Shown piece by piece: positions 54,405 to 64,000 of a DNA stretch of 64,000 nt; position 1 is the stretch's first letter, and every line of letters begins with the position of its first letter. The DNA is from Bacilli bacterium. Its GTDB lineage: Bacteria > Bacillota_I > Bacilli_A > RFN20 > CAG-826. Under the pieces are notes generated by a model. It was not told where the DNA came from and did no database searches. It saw nothing but the letters and a program-made list of their open reading frames with translations. Position numbers and translations under genes: made by a program. The stretch is from NCBI GenBank assembly GCA_024680795.1, contig JAILBR010000062.1, positions 44,825 through 108,824 on the forward strand. The letters are read 5' to 3'.

Positions 54405-57119
54405 TTAGTCTAAATCATCGAATATTGAGATTTGTTCGAAGCCAGTTTTCTCTTTCTTTTCTTCTTCTGGCTTATTGTCTTCAACTGGTGTTTCAACTAC
54501 TTGTTCAGCCACTTGTTCGGCCTCCCGTTCAGGAGTTTCTTCTATGGTTTCTATAGTAGTTTCGACCTCACTATTTTCGATTAACTCGACATCGTTTTCA
54601 TCAGGTTCATCTTCGATGATTTCGTCTTTGACGATTTGATGAGATACAGTGTGTTTATTCACTTCAATTATTTCTGTATCGAAGACAAATCCAATATGGA
54701 GTTTAGCGGAAATGCTATCGATATTCTTTTTAGCGTATTGTGCTTCAGTATTTCTTAAATCATCCACTGTGATTTCTTTACATGTGTGATCATTGAGATA
54801 CAATGATAGTTTTAAACTATCATTTCTATTTGTCTTGAGGATGCTAACGATACTATGCTGATCTCCTTTGAAACACTGGAGAATCACTTGCACCTTACCT
54901 AAACGGTTCGTGCGTGTGAATTTATTAATATCAGTTATGCGTAGGTGCGCTTTATTGGTGATAAGAACGATTTTTGCTCTTTCACCTTCCTCAAATGCTA
55001 ATAATCCAGCGATTTGGTTACTCTTTAAGCCTGATACAGATTTAACACCACCAGCTTTAGGACCAACAGGAGTTATTTCATTTTCATTGAAATAAGTGCA
55101 TAAACCATTATTTGTGACGACAAATAGGTCGCTGTTACCACTTAATAAGGTTATACCTGCTACTGAGTCATGTGGAAGTAATTTCATGTATCTTGATGGA
55201 CGCCTATGAATTGATAAATCAAGCATTCCGATTGGTAATCTCTTAATCTGTCCAAACTTCGACACAACACCGAGATATAAATCATTTCGTAACTCAGAAA
55301 TCACCATCACTTTGATGATCTTTTCACCAGAGGCGAATGTGGTAAATTCATTGATGTGCGTACCTTCGTCTTTCCACTTATTTTCAGTGAGATCAAAGAC
55401 ATGAACACAGCTATAGTTACCTAAATTTGTAAAACAAATTAGGTAATCGGTGGTCATTGCCCTTGATGAAGCCACTAACATATCACCATCTTTTAGGCCT
55501 GGTAAATCGCCATTACTACTAACGTAACTACGGATAGAACTGCGTTTCAAATAGCCATCATAACTGACCGCAATCATCACTTCTTCTTTAGCAATTAATT
55601 CACGTTTATCAATCTCTTTAGTTTCGCCTTTTTCGATGATTTGAGTACGTCTATCATCACCATATTTGTCAGCAATTTTCTTAAGATCACGAATCAAAAC
55701 TCTATTGAGTTTATTTGGATCTTCAATAATGCCTTTTAAGGTTTCGATGTCAGCTTGTAATTGCTTCTTTTCTTTTTCCAAAATAAGCTCATCTGTATGG
55801 CTCAATTTGTATAAAGGCATAGTGACAATTGCTTCGGCCTGATCGTTAGAAAGATGATATTTAGCGATTAAGTTAACTTTTGAATCAGCTTTATCTTTGC
55901 TCTTTCTGATGATATCAACCACTTCGTTAATATTTAATGAAGCAAGAATCAAACCTTCAACGATGTGAAGCCTATTTGTACATTTATTGAGATCAAATTT
56001 GCTCTTTCTAGTTACAACGTCGACTTGGTGCGCGATATAAGAATCGATATAATCGATTAAATTTAAAGTTTTTGGTCTGCCATCAACAATTGCCACCATA
56101 TTAGCAGAATAACCAGTCACTAAATCGGTTTTCTTCATTAAATATTGAAGAATTGTCTCTGCTTTGGCGCTCTTTTTGACATCAACAACAATACGAATTC
56201 CCTTATAATCAGACTCATCTCTGACTTCTAAGATGCCATCAATGGCCTTAGAATGGCGAATTTTGTCTATTTCATAGACAAGCTGAATTTTCACCACTTT
56301 ATAAGGTATTTCTGTAATCACTATTTGATTAAAGTCCTTATTTTCCACTATTTCGGCCTTGCCAGCAATTTCGATTCTACCACGGCCAGTTTTATAAATA
56401 TTATCTAGCCCACTAGAGCGGTAGATATAGCCTCCACCTGGGAAGTCTGGGCCTTGTACAAACTGCATTAAATCTTCAACAGTTGCCACCTTATGATTGA
56501 TGCGGTAAATTGTGGCATCGATTAGTTCTCTAAGGTTATGAGTTGGGATTTCAGTTGCTAAAGCAACTGCAATACCTTCTGTTCCGTTTGCGAATAAGTT
56601 AGGGAATCTAGAAGGAAGGACGATTGGTTCAAACTCAGTATCATCAAAATTGAGTTGCATATCAACGGTTTGTTTTTCGATATCTGCAACCATTTCGTTA
56701 GATAATTCAGATAGTCTACTTTCGGTATAACGATACGCTGCTGGTGGGTCACCATCGATTGAACCGTTATTACCTTGGAAGTCAATTAATGGGTATCTAA
56801 CTTTCCAATCTTGGCTCATTCTAGCCAAAGCTTCATAGATTGATGTGTCGCCATGTGGGTGATAAGTACCCATAACCGCACCAACGGTATGTGCACATTT
56901 CTTTGTTGGCTTATTAAAAGTGTTACCACTTTTATACATTGAGAAAATGATTCTTCTTTGAACAGGTTTAAGACCATCTCTCACATCTGGAATTGCTCTA
57001 TCTTGAATGACGTATTTCGCATAAGTTGCGTATCGATCACCCATCACATCTTCAAGAGGTTCTATAGAGATATTTTCTTCGATTACTTCTTCAGGAATTA
57101 TTTCTTTTTTCTTGGCCAT
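54405..57119 (-). CDS. parC: Type IIA topoisomerase A subunit, most likely topoisomerase IV ParC (GyrA not excluded)
   Basis: 'YHPHGDTSIYEALARMSQDWKVRYPLIDFQGNNGSIDGDPPAAYRYTESRL'. The QDWK, GNNGSID and DPPAA signatures fit ParC. 904 aa with an acidic tail. parC-parE-plsY synteny. Confidence 0.75.
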   Translation of the reverse strand: MAKKKEIIPEEVIEENISIEPLEDVMGDRYATYAKYVIQDRAIPDVRDGLKPVQRRIIFSMYKSGNTFNKPTKKCAHTVGAVMGTYHPHGDTSIYEALARMSQDWKVRYPLIDFQGNNGSIDGDPPAAYRYTESRLSELSNEMVADIEKQTVDMQLNFDDTEFEPIVLPSRFPNLFANGTEGIAVALATEIPTHNLRELIDATIYRINHKVATVEDLMQFVQGPDFPGGGYIYRSSGLDNIYKTGRGRIEIAGKAEIVENKDFNQIVITEIPYKVVKIQLVYEIDKIRHSKAIDGILEVRDESDYKGIRIVVDVKKSAKAETILQYLMKKTDLVTGYSANMVAIVDGRPKTLNLIDYIDSYIAHQVDVVTRKSKFDLNKCTNRLHIVEGLILASLNINEVVDIIRKSKDKADSKVNLIAKYHLSNDQAEAIVTMPLYKLSHTDELILEKEKKQLQADIETLKGIIEDPNKLNRVLIRDLKKIADKYGDDRRTQIIEKGETKEIDKRELIAKEEVMIAVSYDGYLKRSSIRSYVSSNGDLPGLKDGDMLVASSRAMTTDYLICFTNLGNYSCVHVFDLTENKWKDEGTHINEFTTFASGEKIIKVMVISELRNDLYLGVVSKFGQIKRLPIGMLDLSIHRRPSRYMKLLPHDSVAGITLLSGNSDLFVVTNNGLCTYFNENEITPVGPKAGGVKSVSGLKSNQIAGLLAFEEGERAKIVLITNKAHLRITDINKFTRTNRLGKVQVILQCFKGDQHSIVSILKTNRNDSLKLSLYLNDHTCKEITVDDLRNTEAQYAKKNIDSISAKLHIGFVFDTEIIEVNKHTVSHQIVKDEIIEDEPDENDVELIENSEVETTIETIEETPEREAEQVAEQVVETPVEDNKPEEEKKEKTGFEQISIFDDLD

Positions 57120-57122
57120 ATC

Positions 57123-59057
57123 TTACTTTACCTCCTTTATGAATGTGTCTACTTTATTGAAGTCGACATTCTCTTCAACCCATTCACGACGTAAGCTGGC
57201 ATCCTTACCCATAAGGATGTTCACTCTTTTTTCAACTAAAAATGGGTCGTTGATATCGACTTGAATCAAAAATCTTGTTCTTGGATCCATAGTTGTTTCT
57301 TTTAACTGAATAGCGTCCATTTCACCAAGACCTTTGTAACGGTTAATCTTATATCCACTGCCAACTTTCTTCTTAGCGGCTTCTAAACCTTTATCGTCCC
57401 AAGCATATTCTTGGACGAGTTTTTTACCATCTTCTTTATATATTCTATATAAAGGTGGGACAGCAATATAGACATGCCCAGTGGTGATTAAAGGTCTCAT
57501 ATAGTGATAGAAGAAAGTGAGTAAAAGGGTTTGAATATGAGCACCATCGGTATCAGCATCGGTCATGATGATGATTTTGCCATAATGTATGTCTTCAATA
57601 TCAAAGCTTTGCCCAAAACCAGCACCAACTGTATTGATGATGGTTGCAATTTCTTCATTATGAAGCAGTTTATCCATTGCGATAGAATCAGTATTAAGTG
57701 GTTTACCACGCAGTGGTAAGATTGCTTGATGAATTCTATCTCTACCTTTCTTAGCGGTTCCACCAGCGGAATCACCTTCAACGATAAATAATTCGTTTTT
57801 GAGGTAATCTTTGGATTGGGCTGGGGTGAGTTTATCGGATAATATCACTTCTTGTTTGGCTTTTTTATTGCTTCTAGCTTCATCTTTTGCTTTTCTAGCT
57901 GCGATTCTAGCTTGTTGGCTATCAATACATTTCTTGATAATCAACATCGCATTTTCTTTATTCTCGGTTAGATAATAAGTAAACTTATTATAGATAAGAT
58001 TGCTAACTACTGTATAAGCAACTTGAGTGCCTAATTTTCCTTTTGTTTGGCCTTCAAATTCAAGGAGTTCTTCTGGGACTTTTAATGAAACAATTGCGGT
58101 TAATCCCTCACGGATATCGCCACCTTCAAGTTTCTTTCCTTTTAGTAATCCTTGAGCTTCGGCAAACTCATTAACAGCACGAGTGATACCAGTTCTAAAA
58201 CCAGATTCATGAGTACCACCATCACCAGTTTTGACGTTATTGACGTATGAGTAAATTGTCTCATTATAGTCTTCATAGCAATACTGTAATGCGATTTCAG
58301 TTTCGATATTTGTTAAAGAATCAACATCAGAAAAACTGAAGACTGGAATGATGGATTTTTTGTTTTCATTGAGGATATTGATATATTCGACGAGGCCATC
58401 TTGATAGAAGAATTCTTGCTTTTGTCCACTTCTTTCATCAATAACGATGAAACGGACACCCTTCATCAAGAAAGCGCTCTCTCTAAGGTGTGAAGAAATA
58501 GTATCGTATTTGAATTCGACAGTCGAAAAAATAAGAGGATCAGGGAGGAATCTAACATAAGTTCCATGCTTTTTGGTGTCACCTAAAACTTCTAGAGGTT
58601 GAACTAAATGACCTCCATTTTCAAATCTTAAATGATTAATTTTACCGTCTTTAAAGACGGTAACATCAACCCAAACACTGAGGGCGTTTGTTACTGAAGC
58701 ACCAACACCATGGAGTCCACCAGCGCTCTTATACACTGATGAATTAAACTTTCCACCGGCATGTAATTCAGTAAAAACAATCTCGACGCCAGGCCTTCCT
58801 GTTTCCTTGTTAATGTCCACTGGAATACCACGTCCCTCATCTAAAACCGAGCAACTTCCATCCTTATGAAGCGTGACTGTGATGTTTTTTCCATAGCCAC
58901 TTAAAGCTTCATCGACGGCGTTGTCGACGATCTCCCAAACGAGGTGATGTAGGCCAGATACATTAGTACTTCCGATATACATTGCAGGTCTTTTTCTAAC
59001 ACCTTCAAGACCCTTCATGATATGGATATCATTAGCGGTATACTGTCTTTCTGCCAT
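57123..59057 (-). CDS. parE: Type IIA topoisomerase B subunit, most likely ParE
   Basis: A GHKL ATPase N-terminus, TOPRIM 'EGDSAGG' and 'PLRGK'. 644 aa. Adjacent and divergent to plsY, as in Bacillus. Confidence 0.75.
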   Translation of the reverse strand: MAERQYTANDIHIMKGLEGVRKRPAMYIGSTNVSGLHHLVWEIVDNAVDEALSGYGKNITVTLHKDGSCSVLDEGRGIPVDINKETGRPGVEIVFTELHAGGKFNSSVYKSAGGLHGVGASVTNALSVWVDVTVFKDGKINHLRFENGGHLVQPLEVLGDTKKHGTYVRFLPDPLIFSTVEFKYDTISSHLRESAFLMKGVRFIVIDERSGQKQEFFYQDGLVEYINILNENKKSIIPVFSFSDVDSLTNIETEIALQYCYEDYNETIYSYVNNVKTGDGGTHESGFRTGITRAVNEFAEAQGLLKGKKLEGGDIREGLTAIVSLKVPEELLEFEGQTKGKLGTQVAYTVVSNLIYNKFTYYLTENKENAMLIIKKCIDSQQARIAARKAKDEARSNKKAKQEVILSDKLTPAQSKDYLKNELFIVEGDSAGGTAKKGRDRIHQAILPLRGKPLNTDSIAMDKLLHNEEIATIINTVGAGFGQSFDIEDIHYGKIIIMTDADTDGAHIQTLLLTFFYHYMRPLITTGHVYIAVPPLYRIYKEDGKKLVQEYAWDDKGLEAAKKKVGSGYKINRYKGLGEMDAIQLKETTMDPRTRFLIQVDINDPFLVEKRVNILMGKDASLRREWVEENVDFNKVDTFIKEVK

Positions 59058-59142
59058 TACTATTCTCCTTCGACGAGGTCCATTATATATGGAAAATGTT
59101 GCAAAATTAAAGTTATTTAGTAAAATAAATAACGGGTCAAAA

Positions 59143-59907
59143 ATGGATATTATTTTATATAATATAGCAGTTGCAATTATTCTTCTAATCGTCAGCTATT
59201 TAGCTGGCTCTATTCCTAACGCCATCTGGATTGGAAAGGTATTTTTTAACAAAGATCCACGTGATTTTGGCTCTGGAAACGCCGGTGGAACTAACGCCGG
59301 AAGAGTATTTGGCAAAAGAGTTGGTGTTTTAGTCATATTTTTAGATGCAATGAAGCTTGTAATCCCTCTATATATTGCGTGGTTAGTGCTCACAAAAGCA
59401 CCTATTTATCATGGTTCACCTCTTATGTACACCGTCCAAGAGATATATGTTGAGGGTAAAACTGACGCAATTATTAGTTGGCCAATCTACTGGGTTATGG
59501 CGGTTGGATGCGGAATCGGACATTGCTTCCCAATCTTTGCAGGATTTAGGGGTGGCAAGAACGTTTCGAGCTATCATGGACTTGGAATTGGCTCTTCTTG
59601 GTTGATTGGATTTGTTCCAGGACTTGCATTTTTAGGAATATTGAAATGGAAAAAATATGTTTCTCTTGCAAGTATCGTTACAGCTTGGTTTGGAGTATTA
59701 CTTTCATGGATTTGGGCCATCTTAATTTTGACTGGAGTCGTCCACGGCGAGATGGTTTGGTTCGTCACTTACGGACCTGCTCTTGAATGCAATTATGTCT
59801 ACGCAATGGCCATGACTTTTATGGCGACTTTATTAACGATTCAACATCGTAGCAACATTCAAAGATTACGTGATGGAACAGAGAGAAAAATCACTTGGAT
59901 GAAATAA
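59143..59907 (+). CDS. plsY: Glycerol-3-phosphate acyltransferase PlsY (acyl-phosphate dependent), unusually long at 254 aa
   Basis: 'GSIPNAIWIGK...DPRDFGSGNAGGTN' and C-terminal 'HRSNIQRLRDGTERKI'. The ORF track start at 59017 overlaps parE. The ATG at 59143 is preferred. Confidence 0.8.
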   Translation: MDIILYNIAVAIILLIVSYLAGSIPNAIWIGKVFFNKDPRDFGSGNAGGTNAGRVFGKRVGVLVIFLDAMKLVIPLYIAWLVLTKAPIYHGSPLMYTVQEIYVEGKTDAIISWPIYWVMAVGCGIGHCFPIFAGFRGGKNVSSYHGLGIGSSWLIGFVPGLAFLGILKWKKYVSLASIVTAWFGVLLSWIWAILILTGVVHGEMVWFVTYGPALECNYVYAMAMTFMATLLTIQHRSNIQRLRDGTERKITWMK

Positions 59908-59965
59908 CAAATAGTAATAAATTAGTAGCAAATTAGTATTAAATATACCATGTTAATTTAGTTTT

Positions 59966-59992
59966 CCACACTGATAAAAAAGTGTGTTTTTA
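59966..59992 (+). terminator. Rho-independent terminator after plsY
   Basis: Stem cacact/agtgtg with loop gataaaaa, followed by TTTTT. Confidence 0.55.
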
Positions 59993-60084
59993 TTTAGATT
60001 CAATCAAAACGTTTTCATTGACTTTTATAATGACTTTAATAACACTATTTAATAAAGTAACTTGAAAATATTATATGGGACAAG

Positions 60085-60116
60085 CAATAAAAAAGCACCA
60101 CCACTGTGATGCTTAA
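60085..60116 (-). terminator. Terminator of the minus-strand efp-yneF operon
   Basis: Hairpin aagcaccac...tgatgctt with a U-tract on the minus strand. Confidence 0.5.
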
Positions 60117-60135
60117 TTTTTGATTATTTTTGCAA

Positions 60136-60354
60136 TTAGCGTTGTTGTCTTCTGACCGCCATCATTGTACGTTGAATGTCAGCTTCACTTGGCTTTCTAC
60201 CAACGCTTTGATAGAGGGCTCTAATCATTGCTTCATTGATTGGAGGGTTCTTTTCTAATTGTCTTTTGAAGACATATCTGGAAATAAAGAATCCTGCCAC
60301 TAAGCCAATCACTAATGCGAGGACGAGAAGTCCAATCCAGTAACCGGTATCCAT
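60136..60354 (-). CDS. yneF: UPF0154/YneF family small membrane protein
   Basis: 72 aa: an N-terminal TM helix, then 'PPINEAMIRALYQSVGRKPSEADIQ'. RBS GGAAGG. Confidence 0.6.
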   Translation of the reverse strand: MDTGYWIGLLVLALVIGLVAGFFISRYVFKRQLEKNPPINEAMIRALYQSVGRKPSEADIQRTMMAVRRQQR

Positions 60355-60372
60355 TAATTACACCTTCCTAGA

Positions 60373-60930
60373 TTATGCACGACCATCGTAATCGCCAGTA
60401 TCGGTTCTAACTAAGACTACTTCGCCTTCTTCGATGAACAATGGAACACGGACTTTTAATCCTGTTTCTAATTCTGCATCTTTCATGGCCTTGTTGACTG
60501 TATCGCCACGGATAGCTGGTTCGCAATGTGTAATCTTTAATGCAACTTTAGCTGGTAAGTTGATACCAAGGATTTCTCCTTCATAGCTGATAATTTCAAC
60601 GATTTCTTCACCTTTTAGGAATTTCATTTCCCATTGAAGTCTATCTTTAGAAATTTCAACTTGTTCATAAGTTTCTTGATCCATGAAACATAATGCATCA
60701 CCAGTATCATAAAGATACTGCATTTGGCGTTTTTCAAGTCTGATTGTTTCGATACCGTAACCACTATTACGTGAAATTTCTGTAACAGCGCCAGTACGTA
60801 AGTTTTTGACTTTAACTTTCGCGACCATTTTTCTCATCGCTGTTTTATTTAACAAGATGTCTTGAACTTGATAAATATTGCCTTCTTCGATGAAATAGTT
60901 TCCTGGTCTTAATTCTGTAACGTTAACCAT
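60373..60930 (-). CDS. efp: Elongation factor P
   Basis: 185 aa. Motif 'KVKVKNLRTGAV' (KOW-like N-terminus with a lysine loop). An extended -10 promoter lies upstream. Confidence 0.85.
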   Translation of the reverse strand: MVNVTELRPGNYFIEEGNIYQVQDILLNKTAMRKMVAKVKVKNLRTGAVTEISRNSGYGIETIRLEKRQMQYLYDTGDALCFMDQETYEQVEISKDRLQWEMKFLKGEEIVEIISYEGEILGINLPAKVALKITHCEPAIRGDTVNKAMKDAELETGLKVRVPLFIEEGEVVLVRTDTGDYDGRA

Positions 60931-60980
60931 TTTATATTTCCTTTCTCTATTTATGTTCTTTGGTATTATACCAAAAATTT

Positions 60981-61619
60981 CTAATTTTGAAACAAAGTAT
61001 TTAATTCTTTCTCTTTTCCAAGAACTGTTATATCTCCATGGCCAGGATAAACCTTTACATCATCTGGTAGTTTTCTAAGCTTTGCTAATGATGTATTTCG
61101 ATATCTTGGACATGATGTTGGCAAATCTTCTCTGCCAATACTCATTTTGAATAATGTATCTCCAGAAAATAACGTTTTATTATCTTTAAGATAATAGCAA
61201 ACACTACCCTCTGTATGAAATGGCGTGTGAATGACTTCAATATCGATGTTATTTAATAGATGTAAATGCTCTCCATCCACTACTGATTCTACTTCTATTT
61301 CTAACGACAACTGTTTATTTTCAAACCACGAACAGTTATCACGAGGATTAACTAATAATTCTTTATCTAAATCATGTATATAGACTGGTATTTGATATTT
61401 ATCTAATAAAATAGGTAGCCCCCAGATATGATCAAAATGCCCATGCGTCAATAAAACGGCGACTGGAATTAGATTGTTTTGTTTTAGAAACTTAACAAGT
61501 CTTGTGTTATTTGCCGAAGGATCGACAACCACACACTTACTATCGTCATTACATATCACATAGGAGTTAGCGCTGAAATTTGGCGCATCATTACCATAAA
61601 CTAAACGAGCTACTTTCAT
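60981..61619 (-). CDS. MBL-fold metallo-hydrolase
   Basis: Motif 'LTHGHFDHIWG'. 212 aa. Confidence 0.75.
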   Translation of the reverse strand: MKVARLVYGNDAPNFSANSYVICNDDSKCVVVDPSANNTRLVKFLKQNNLIPVAVLLTHGHFDHIWGLPILLDKYQIPVYIHDLDKELLVNPRDNCSWFENKQLSLEIEVESVVDGEHLHLLNNIDIEVIHTPFHTEGSVCYYLKDNKTLFSGDTLFKMSIGREDLPTSCPRYRNTSLAKLRKLPDDVKVYPGHGDITVLGKEKELNTLFQN

Positions 61620-61646
61620 TTTTATAAAATAAAAATAGGAATAATC

Positions 61647-61817
61647 CTATTTCTTTTTCTCACGATGAAGTGTTTTCTTTTGGCAACGTGGGCAATACTT
61701 TTGTTTTTCTAAACGTTCTGTATTGTGTTTTCTATTTTTAGAAGTAATGTAATTTTCTTCCCCACATTCTGTGCACTTTAGTGTAACTGAGATTCTATCT
61801 TGTTTATTGCTAGCCAT
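61647..61817 (-). CDS. rpmG: 50S ribosomal protein L33 (missed by the ORF track because it is 56 aa)
   Basis: Reverse-strand translation gives '[56 protein letters not shown]' with the CxxC...CxxC zinc ribbon. RBS AAGGAG 9 nt upstream. Confidence 0.85.
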   Translation of the reverse strand: MASNKQDRISVTLKCTECGEENYITSKNRKHNTERLEKQKYCPRCQKKTLHREKKK

Positions 61818-61905
61818 TATACATTCTCCTTAAAATGTCCTAGTTATGTTATCACGTTAATTTAAATAATAAAAGTTATTTTTATTAATTTTATAGTGGT
61901 ATTAT

Positions 61906-62967
61906 ATGTTTAGTATGAAAACAAGAAATGAAACTAGACAAATAAAAGTCGGAAATGTCCTTCTCGGTGGGCAAAATAAAGTTGTCATCCAATCGATGTG
62001 CAACATTAAAACTGAGAGATATGAAGAAGTTGCAAAGCAGATTAACGAATGTGCTGCTCTAGGAGCAGAAATCATGCGCGTTTCTGTTATGGATGAAAAA
62101 GATGCACGTGCAATTGCTGAAATCAAAAAGAGAATTAAAATCCCTCTAGTGGCTGATATCCATTTCGATTATCGTTTAGCGCTTTTAGCGATGGAAAACG
62201 GAGTCGATAAAGTAAGAATCAACCCAGGTAATATCGGAGATATTGAAAACGTCAAAAAGGTCGTTGATTTAGCTAAAACCAAACATATCCCTATTAGAAT
62301 TGGGGTCAACTCTGGTTCTTTAGATAAAACAATCCACGACTATTCCACTCAGTTTACTGCTGAAAAATTAGTGGCTTCCGCTAAAAAGCATGTCGAAATT
62401 TTGGAGTCTCTTGGCTTTTATGATATCGCTATTTCATTAAAAGGATCAGATGTATTAGAAACAGTTGCAGCCTATCGTTTAGCGGCTAAAACATTTCCAT
62501 ATCCGCTTCATTTAGGTATCACCGAAGCAGGATTTAAGGAGATATCCTTAATTCGTAGTTCTGCTGGACTTGCTCCTTTATTATTAGAAGGCATTGGAGA
62601 TACGATTAGAATTTCTATTTCTGGTGATCCAAAGGACGAAATTATCGCTTGTAAGAGACTTTTACATGATTGTGGATTATATCCTAACTATCCAACCATT
62701 GTTGCTTGTCCTACCTGTGGAAGAACTCAAGTTAATGTAGAAAAACTAGCTAGAGAAGTCATGGAACACCTCGAAACTGTTAATAAGCCAATTCATGTCG
62801 CTGTTATGGGTTGTGTTGTTAATGGACCAGGCGAAGCAAAAAACGCTGATATTGGCATCGCTGGTGGCTGTCATGAATTTGTTATCTTTAGAAAAGATAA
62901 AGTAATAAAAAAGGTTCCAGAAGATCAAGCCTTCGAAACCTTAATGGAAGAGATTAATAAACTTTAG
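61906..62967 (+). CDS. ispG: 4-hydroxy-3-methylbut-2-enyl diphosphate synthase IspG (GcpE)
   Basis: 'IKVGNVLLGGQNKVVIQSMCN' and a C-terminal Cys cluster 'CPTCGRT...GCVVNGPGE'. 353 aa. Confidence 0.9.
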   Translation: MFSMKTRNETRQIKVGNVLLGGQNKVVIQSMCNIKTERYEEVAKQINECAALGAEIMRVSVMDEKDARAIAEIKKRIKIPLVADIHFDYRLALLAMENGVDKVRINPGNIGDIENVKKVVDLAKTKHIPIRIGVNSGSLDKTIHDYSTQFTAEKLVASAKKHVEILESLGFYDIAISLKGSDVLETVAAYRLAAKTFPYPLHLGITEAGFKEISLIRSSAGLAPLLLEGIGDTIRISISGDPKDEIIACKRLLHDCGLYPNYPTIVACPTCGRTQVNVEKLAREVMEHLETVNKPIHVAVMGCVVNGPGEAKNADIGIAGGCHEFVIFRKDKVIKKVPEDQAFETLMEEINKL

Positions 62968-63851
62968 AGTTTATCTCTCCAATCTTCAACATAATTACCG
63001 CTCCTGAGCATTTCAATTTCTTGCTTATAAGGAGCTTTTTCATTGTAATAAGGTGTTTCTAATATTTTAGGAATACCATTTAACTTTGGATGATGCACCA
63101 CTTTATATAGCGCTTCAAAGCCTAAATATCCATATCCAATGTTTTCATGTCTATCTTTATGAGCGCCGATTGGGTTTTTGGAATCATTAACGTGGATAAC
63201 TAGAAGTCTATCTAAACCGATAATCTTATCAAATTCATCTAAGATATGATCAAAATCGTTGATATCATAGCCAGCATCAGAGATATGACATGTATCTAAA
63301 CACACCCCTAATCTTTCTTTATGCTTGCAGCCATCAATAATCATTTTAATTTCATTAAAAGTTCTACCAATTTCATGGCCTTTGCCTGCCATAGTCTCTA
63401 AAGCAATCTTGACGTCAGTGCCATCACATTCGAAACATGTATCAAGAGCCTTACATAAGGCTGCAATTCCAGTTTCCACTCCTAATCCGACATGTGATCC
63501 AGGATGTAGAACCATAACTTTAACACCAAAAGCCGCTGTTCTTCTAAGCTCACTAACGATTGTATTCACTGATAATTCGTAAATATCTTCTCTAGCAATG
63601 TTAGCAGCATTAATTAAATAAGGGGCATGAACAATAATTTTAGATTCATCGATGCCGTTTTCTTTTAATAATGCTCTTCCTTCTGGAATTTTTAATGTCT
63701 CAACAGGCTTTCTAAAGGTATTTTGTGGGGCGCCAGTATAAAACATAAAGGTATTGGCACCATAACTAAGTGCGTCTCTCACACTTCCTAAATAGGAATC
63801 AGGTGATTTCATATCAACATGAGAGCCAATAAATAATTTATAATCTTCCAT
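62964..63851 (-). CDS. nfo: Endonuclease IV (Nfo). The start is probably the ATG at 63851 (RBS GAAGAGGA), although the ORF extends to 63884.
   Basis: TIM-barrel AP-endonuclease motifs 'HAPYLINAAN', 'LHPGSH' and 'CLDTCH'. Confidence 0.85.
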   Translation of the reverse strand: MEDYKLFIGSHVDMKSPDSYLGSVRDALSYGANTFMFYTGAPQNTFRKPVETLKIPEGRALLKENGIDESKIIVHAPYLINAANIAREDIYELSVNTIVSELRRTAAFGVKVMVLHPGSHVGLGVETGIAALCKALDTCFECDGTDVKIALETMAGKGHEIGRTFNEIKMIIDGCKHKERLGVCLDTCHISDAGYDINDFDHILDEFDKIIGLDRLLVIHVNDSKNPIGAHKDRHENIGYGYLGFEALYKVVHHPKLNGIPKILETPYYNEKAPYKQEIEMLRSGNYVEDWRDKL

Positions 63852-63899
63852 ATTTTGTAAATCCTCTTCGTAATATGTTAACATATTTTAGGAAAAAGT

Positions 63900-64000
63900 A
63901 TGAAAGTAGAATTAGTAAAGCCTCAAGGATATTGTGGAGGAGTAGTCAATGCGATTAAAATGGCCTACCTCGCCAGAAAAGAAAATCCAGACCAAGAAGT
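63900..64000 (+). CDS. ispH: 4-hydroxy-3-methylbut-2-enyl diphosphate reductase IspH (LytB), 5' fragment running off the window
   Basis: 'MKVELVKPQGYCGGVVNAIKMAY' matches the IspH N-terminus (M.I.LA.PRGFCAGV.RAI). Confidence 0.65.
   Translation, partial: MKVELVKPQGYCGGVVNAIKMAYLARKENPDQE

Noticed and set aside
59017-59142. Upstream start for plsY that overlaps the parE N-terminus
   Set aside because: It would overlap parE by 41 nt. The ATG at 59143 gives the canonical PlsY N-terminus and leaves a divergent promoter region.
1-64000. Search for tRNA, rRNA and CRISPR features
   Set aside because: No GGTTCGAATCC-like T-arm sequences, no direct-repeat arrays, and no rRNA-like high-GC conserved blocks in any intergenic gap. 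The only exact repeat longer than 16 bp is the TACTAA element reported in findings.

Overview
The window is a 64 kb low-GC (about 33%) chromosomal segment that uses the standard genetic code. It is densely packed with housekeeping genes, and their order is a condensed version of the Bacillus subtilis map.

Conserved blocks:
- tig-lon-engB
- T-box-valS, then radC-rplU-prp-rpmA-obg-nadE
- ruvAB-secDF-recJ-relA-hisS-aspS
- tkt, then nusB-xseAB-dxs
- dinB-xerD-deoB
- yqeG-yqeH-yhbY-nadD/yqeK on the minus strand
- parC-parE divergent from plsY
- efp, rpmG, ispG, nfo, ispH

The cell-wall, shape and division genes that sit inside these blocks in Bacillus (mreBCD, minCD, folC, maf, queA-tgt-yajC) are absent. 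The MEP-pathway genes dxs, ispG and ispH and an anaerobe-type rubrerythrin are present. Together this suggests a Mollicutes- or Erysipelotrichia-like streamlined Bacillota genome.

I found no rRNA or tRNA genes, no CRISPR array, no transposases and no prophage. The ORF track missed one gene: ribosomal protein L33 (rpmG) at 61647-61817 on the minus strand.

The features worth a second look are accessory or regulatory rather than one single obvious new system:
- A lipid-remodelling cluster at 1-4074: two PlsC-like acyltransferases, a DgkB-like lipid kinase, a CX5R PTP-fold phosphatase and a coupled membrane protein.
- An uncharacterised 601-aa membrane protein paired with an N-terminally extended LemA and a rubrerythrin (8192-11244).
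- Two membrane proteins that each combine a polytopic N-terminus, a charged low-complexity linker and a small C-terminal domain (6142-7422 and 42399-43727; the second C-terminal domain resembles DUF2188).
- A histidyl-tRNA synthetase with a tandem Cys/His-rich C-terminal tail.
- An uncharacterised 441-aa protein translationally coupled to deoB where pupG would be expected.
- A dispersed intergenic element made of 11-bp-phased TACTAA/TTAGTA repeats, present in the 5' regions of both thiamine-diphosphate-dependent enzyme genes, tkt and dxs.
- A CRP-like palindrome between a Crp/Fnr regulator gene and an orphan ABC substrate-binding-protein/permease pair.
- Several apparently leaderless mRNAs.
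- Two small TAATG-coupled transmembrane ORFs.
- A candidate small RNA defined by a promoter plus terminator.
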